A DNA stretch of 27,496 bases from Clostridia bacterium (GTDB lineage: Bacteria; Bacillota; Clostridia; CAKSNL01; HGM11501): contig JAZQAZ010000046.1 of the NCBI GenBank assembly GCA_045545475.1, positions 1 to 27,496 of the forward strand. The letters run 5' to 3'. A program made the translations under genes and the position numbers. Below are positions 27,041 to 27,496 of the stretch, in pieces (the stretch's first letter is position 1; the number at the start of each line of letters is the position of its first letter). A model generated the notes under the pieces. The model saw nothing but the letters and a program-made list of their open reading frames with translations. It searched no databases and was not told the origin of the DNA.

Positions 27041-27090
27041 TTCGACTTTTTTCGACAATCTTACTATAAAGACTGTATAATCTGGATGCC
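27041..27090. repeat. 39-bp direct repeat copy B, with adjacent tandem 0A-like heptamers
   Basis: 27052-27090 matches 25787-25825; the minus strand at 27057-27041 reads TGTCGAA-AAA-AGTCGAA. Confidence 0.75.
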
Positions 27091-27236
27091 GATATTTTTT
27101 AATGAGTCTTCATGTCGAGTTGGAACCAAAAAGAGATTCTATTAACGAAAGAATTGAATCGGCATTCTCTGCTGAAACAACAACATAATTCAGATGCACT
27201 TTATTTCAGGCTACAATTAACCCATTATAATTCTAT

Positions 27237-27316
27237 ATTATAGCACATCTGGTTTCAAATTTCAATATTTGGAAAAATAGATTTCTATGTTTCGAGCCGA
27301 GATTTCTACGTTTTGA
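27237..27316 (-). promoter_or_regulatory. Sigma-A promoter with three 17-bp direct repeats (putative activator sites)
   Basis: TTGAAA (27265-27260), 17 bp, TGcTATAAT (-10 at 27242-27237). The repeats start at 27257, 27279 and 27300 (AGATTTCTAYGTTTYGA-like). Confidence 0.65.
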
Positions 27317-27347
27317 CCATAAAAGTCATATTTTTTATTACATAATT

Positions 27348-27496
27348 TTATTTTAAATAATCGCTTGATTTCATTTTCCTATATTCGCTTGGAGAATACC
27401 CTGTATACTTTTTAAACACACGACTAAAATATAGAGAATTATCGTAGCCTACTGCATCAGCAACTTCGCTTACATTTTTATTGGTACTATCAAAGT
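27348..27496 (-). CDS. AraC-family transcriptional regulator, C-terminal fragment (5' end outside the window; absent from the ORF track)
   Basis: Manual translation [40 protein letters not shown]...* matches the AraC second-HTH signature. Confidence 0.92.
   Translation of the reverse strand, partial: FDSTNKNVSEVADAVGYDNSLYFSRVFKKYTGYSPSEYRKMKSSDYLK

Noticed and set aside
25833-27090. CRISPR array or integron attC interpretation of the repeats
   Set aside because: There is no regular repeat-spacer periodicity and no cas gene. The repeats are inverted pairs without the RYYYAAC...GTTRRRY attC boundaries, and no integrase is in the window.
26216-27145. ORFs 26216-26407, 26840-27058 and 26924-27145, and the 26836-26949 extension
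   Set aside because: They are translations of GC-rich repeats (SPQGE-type peptides) and lack an RBS.

Overview
Chromosomal window from a low-GC Bacillota (Clostridia-like) bacterium, with almost all genes on the minus strand. Positions ~290-24570 are mostly housekeeping genes: sulP, rpmA-prp-rplU with an L21 leader, a 915-aa orphan, pgsA, rimO, recX, hemW, lepA, mgsA-like, minD, mrdA, mreDCB, maf, dut, a U32 protein, a NUDIX hydrolase, mutS2, LOG, PHP and an SGNH hydrolase. Two regions are unusual. (1) Bases 3-280 form a non-coding MITE-like element with 26-bp terminal inverted repeats enclosing two long hairpins whose loops are reverse complements. (2) Bases ~24600-27496 form a visibly AT-richer accessory tract centred on a DUF559 (Vsr-like) endonuclease gene. 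That gene is bracketed by GC-rich double-hairpin inverted repeats that supply its stop codon and probable ribosome-binding site. The tract also holds a nested repeat-in-repeat insertion, a gene-less paired derivative, a recurring orientation-fixed hairpin module, tandem Spo0A-box-like heptamers, and a promoter with 21-22-bp-period repeats just downstream of a partial AraC-family gene. The best candidate for an undescribed system is this DUF559/palindromic-repeat unit, analogous to REP/RAYT. All protein calls rest on motif recognition by eye; no database searches were run.
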